This document shows positions 61,750 through 64,000 of a stretch of DNA of 64,000 nucleotides, piece by piece. Where the stretch lies: positions 62,001 to 126,000 of the forward strand of contig JASTWF010000037.1 of assembly GCA_030390025.1 (NCBI GenBank), read 5' to 3'. The notes beneath the pieces were generated by a model that had not been told where the DNA came from, made no database searches, and saw only the letters and a program-made list of their open reading frames with translations. The translations under genes were made by a program, and so were the position numbers. The DNA is from Squalus acanthias (lineage: Eukaryota). Position 1 is the stretch's first letter; each line of letters begins with the position of its first letter.

Positions 61750-63582
61750 ACAAACATATGTTTTATAAATATATTAAGAGTAAGAGGATAACTAAAGAAA
61801 GGGTAGGCCTATTAGAGATCACGAGGGTAATCTGTGTGTGGAGGCTGGAGACGTCGGTAGGGTTCTTAATGAATACTTTGCGTCTGTCTTCACAAAGGAG
61901 GGGGGCGAAGCAGACATTGCTATCAAGGGGGAGGAGTGTGAAATATTAGATGAAATAAACATAGTGAGAGAGGAAGTATTAAGGGGTTTAGCAGCTTTAA
62001 AAGTGGATAAATCCCCAGGCTCGGATGAAATGTATCCCAGGCAATTAAGCGAAGCAAAAGAGGAAATAGCAGAGGCCCTGACCATCATTTTTCAATCCTC
62101 TCTGGCTTCAGGTGTGGTGCCGGAGGACTGGAGGACTGCTAATGTGGTACCCTTGTTTAAAAAGGGAGAAAAAGATAGACCAAGTAATTACAGGCCAGTC
62201 AGCCTAACCTCGGTGGTGGGAAAATTATTGGAAAGAATTCTGAAGGACAGGATAAATCTTCATTTAGAAAGACACAGATTAATCAAGGATAGTCAGCACG
62301 GATTTGTTAAGGGAAGGTCATGTCTGACAAACTTGATTGAATTTTTTGAGGAGGTAACAAGGAGGGTAGATGAGGGTAGTGCGTTTGATGTAGTGTATAT
62401 GGACTTTAGCAAGGCTTTTGATAAGGTTCCACATGGCAGACTGGTCACGAAGTTAAAAGCCCATGGGATCCAGGGCAAAGTGTCAAGTTGGATTCAAAAC
62501 TGGCTCGGAGACAGGAAGCAGAGGGTGATGGTTGATGGGTGTTTTTGTGACTGGAAGGCTGTTTCCAGTGGGGTTCCGCAGGGCTCAGTACTAGGTCCCT
62601 TGCTTTTTGTGGTATATATCAATGAACTAGACTTGAATATAGGGGGTATGATTAAGAAGTTTGCAGATTATACTAAAATCGGCTGTGTGGTTGATACTGA
62701 AGAAGGAAGCTGTAGACTGCAGGAAGATATCAATAAATTGGTCAGGTGGGCAGAACAGTGGCAAATGGAATTGAATCCGGAGAAGTGTGAGGTAATGCAT
62801 TTGGGGAGGGCTAACAAGGAAAGGGAATACACATTAAATGGTAGGACACTGAGTAGTGTAGAGGAACAAAGGGACCTTGGAGTGCATGTCCACAGATCCC
62901 TGAAGGTAGCAGGCCAGGTAGATAAGGTGGTTAAGAAGGCATATGGAATGCTTGCCTTTATTAGCCGTGGCATAGAATACAAGAGCAGGGGGGTTATGCT
63001 TCAACTGTATAAAACACTAGTTAGGCCTCAGCTAGAGTACTGCATGCAGTTCTGGTCACCACATTACAGGAAAGATGTGATTGCACTAGAGAGGGTACAG
63101 AGGAGGTTTACAAGGATGTTGCCAGGAGTAAAGAATCTTAGCTATGAGGAAAGACTGGATAGGCTGGGTCTGTTTTCCTTGGAACAGAGGAGGCTGAGGG
63201 GAGACCTTATTGAGGTGTATAAAATTATGAGGGGCCTAGATAAAGTGGATAGAAAGGACTTGTTTCCCTTAGCAGAGAGGTCAAAAACCAGGGGGCACAG
63301 ATTTAAAGTAATTGGTGGAAGGTTTAGAGGGGATTTGAGGGGAAATTTCTTCACCCAGAGGGCTGTGGGGGTCTGGAACTCACTGCCTGAAAGGGTGGTA
63401 GAGGCAGAAACCCTAACCACATTTAAAAAGTACTTGGATGTGCACTTGGGATGCTGTAACCTGCAAGGCTACGGACCAAGAGCTGGGAAGTGGGATTAGG
63501 CTGGATAGCTCTTTGATGGCCGGTGCGGACACGATGGGCCAACATGGCCGCCTTCCGTGCTGTCACTTCCTATGATTCTATG
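61750..63582 (+). mobile_element. 5'-truncated CR1 (HER1-like) LINE with 553-aa open RT ORF (61838-63499)
   Basis: All RT motifs present but the catalytic FADD reads FADY; tail ends (ATGATTCT)n. Confidence 0.97.
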
Positions 63583-63619
63583 AGGCATGCTGACCAGTTG
63601 AGGCCAAGCTTGGTGTTTA

Positions 63620-64000
63620 AAGAAAGAAAGACTTGCATTTCTATAGCGCCTTTCACGACCACCGGACGTCTCAAAGCGCTTTACAGCCAATGAAGTACTT
63701 TTTGAAGTGTAGTCACTGTTGTAATGTGGGAAACGCGGCAGCCAATTAAGCTCCCACAAACAGCAATGTGATAATGACCAGATAATCTGTTTTTGTTATG
63801 TTGATTGAGGATAAATATTGACCAGGTCACCGGGGAGAACTCCCCCCTGCTCTTCTTCGAAATAGTGCCATGGGATCTTTTACATCCACCTGAGAGAGCA
63901 GACGGGGGCCTCGGTTTAACATCTCATCCGAAAGACGGCACCTCCGACAGTGCAGCACTCCCTCAGCACTGCACTGGAGCGTCAGCCTAGATTTATGTGC
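63620..64000 (-). mobile_element. SacSINE1-like SINE running off the window edge
   Basis: Family match. Confidence 0.85.

Overview
Repeat-dense vertebrate genomic DNA, almost certainly a shark (elasmobranch). It carries two HE1-type V-SINEs, many tRNA-derived SacSINE1/DeuSINE-like copies, two CR1 (HER1-type) LINE lineages, L2 3' ends, RTE fragments, a Zenon-like CR1, Penelope-like fragments, hAT-like MITEs, about ten minisatellite arrays and a 500-N assembly gap. No host protein-coding gene could be identified: every long ORF is either LINE reverse transcriptase or an artefact of a tandem repeat, so the window is probably intronic or intergenic. Best observations: (1) three minimal hammerhead-ribozyme motifs in Penelope-like remnants; (2) a candidate solo LTR hidden by a CR1 insertion; (3) a 1.6-kb minisatellite that grew from a 21-bp segment inside a SINE; (4) a dispersed, apparently mobile 67-bp satellite with several possible relatives, plus a visible 45-to-34-bp unit change in another satellite; (5) repeated RFX X-box motifs in the non-repeat islands. 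I see no evidence for a wholly new biological system. Family names come from recognition by eye, not a database search, and repeat boundaries are approximate.
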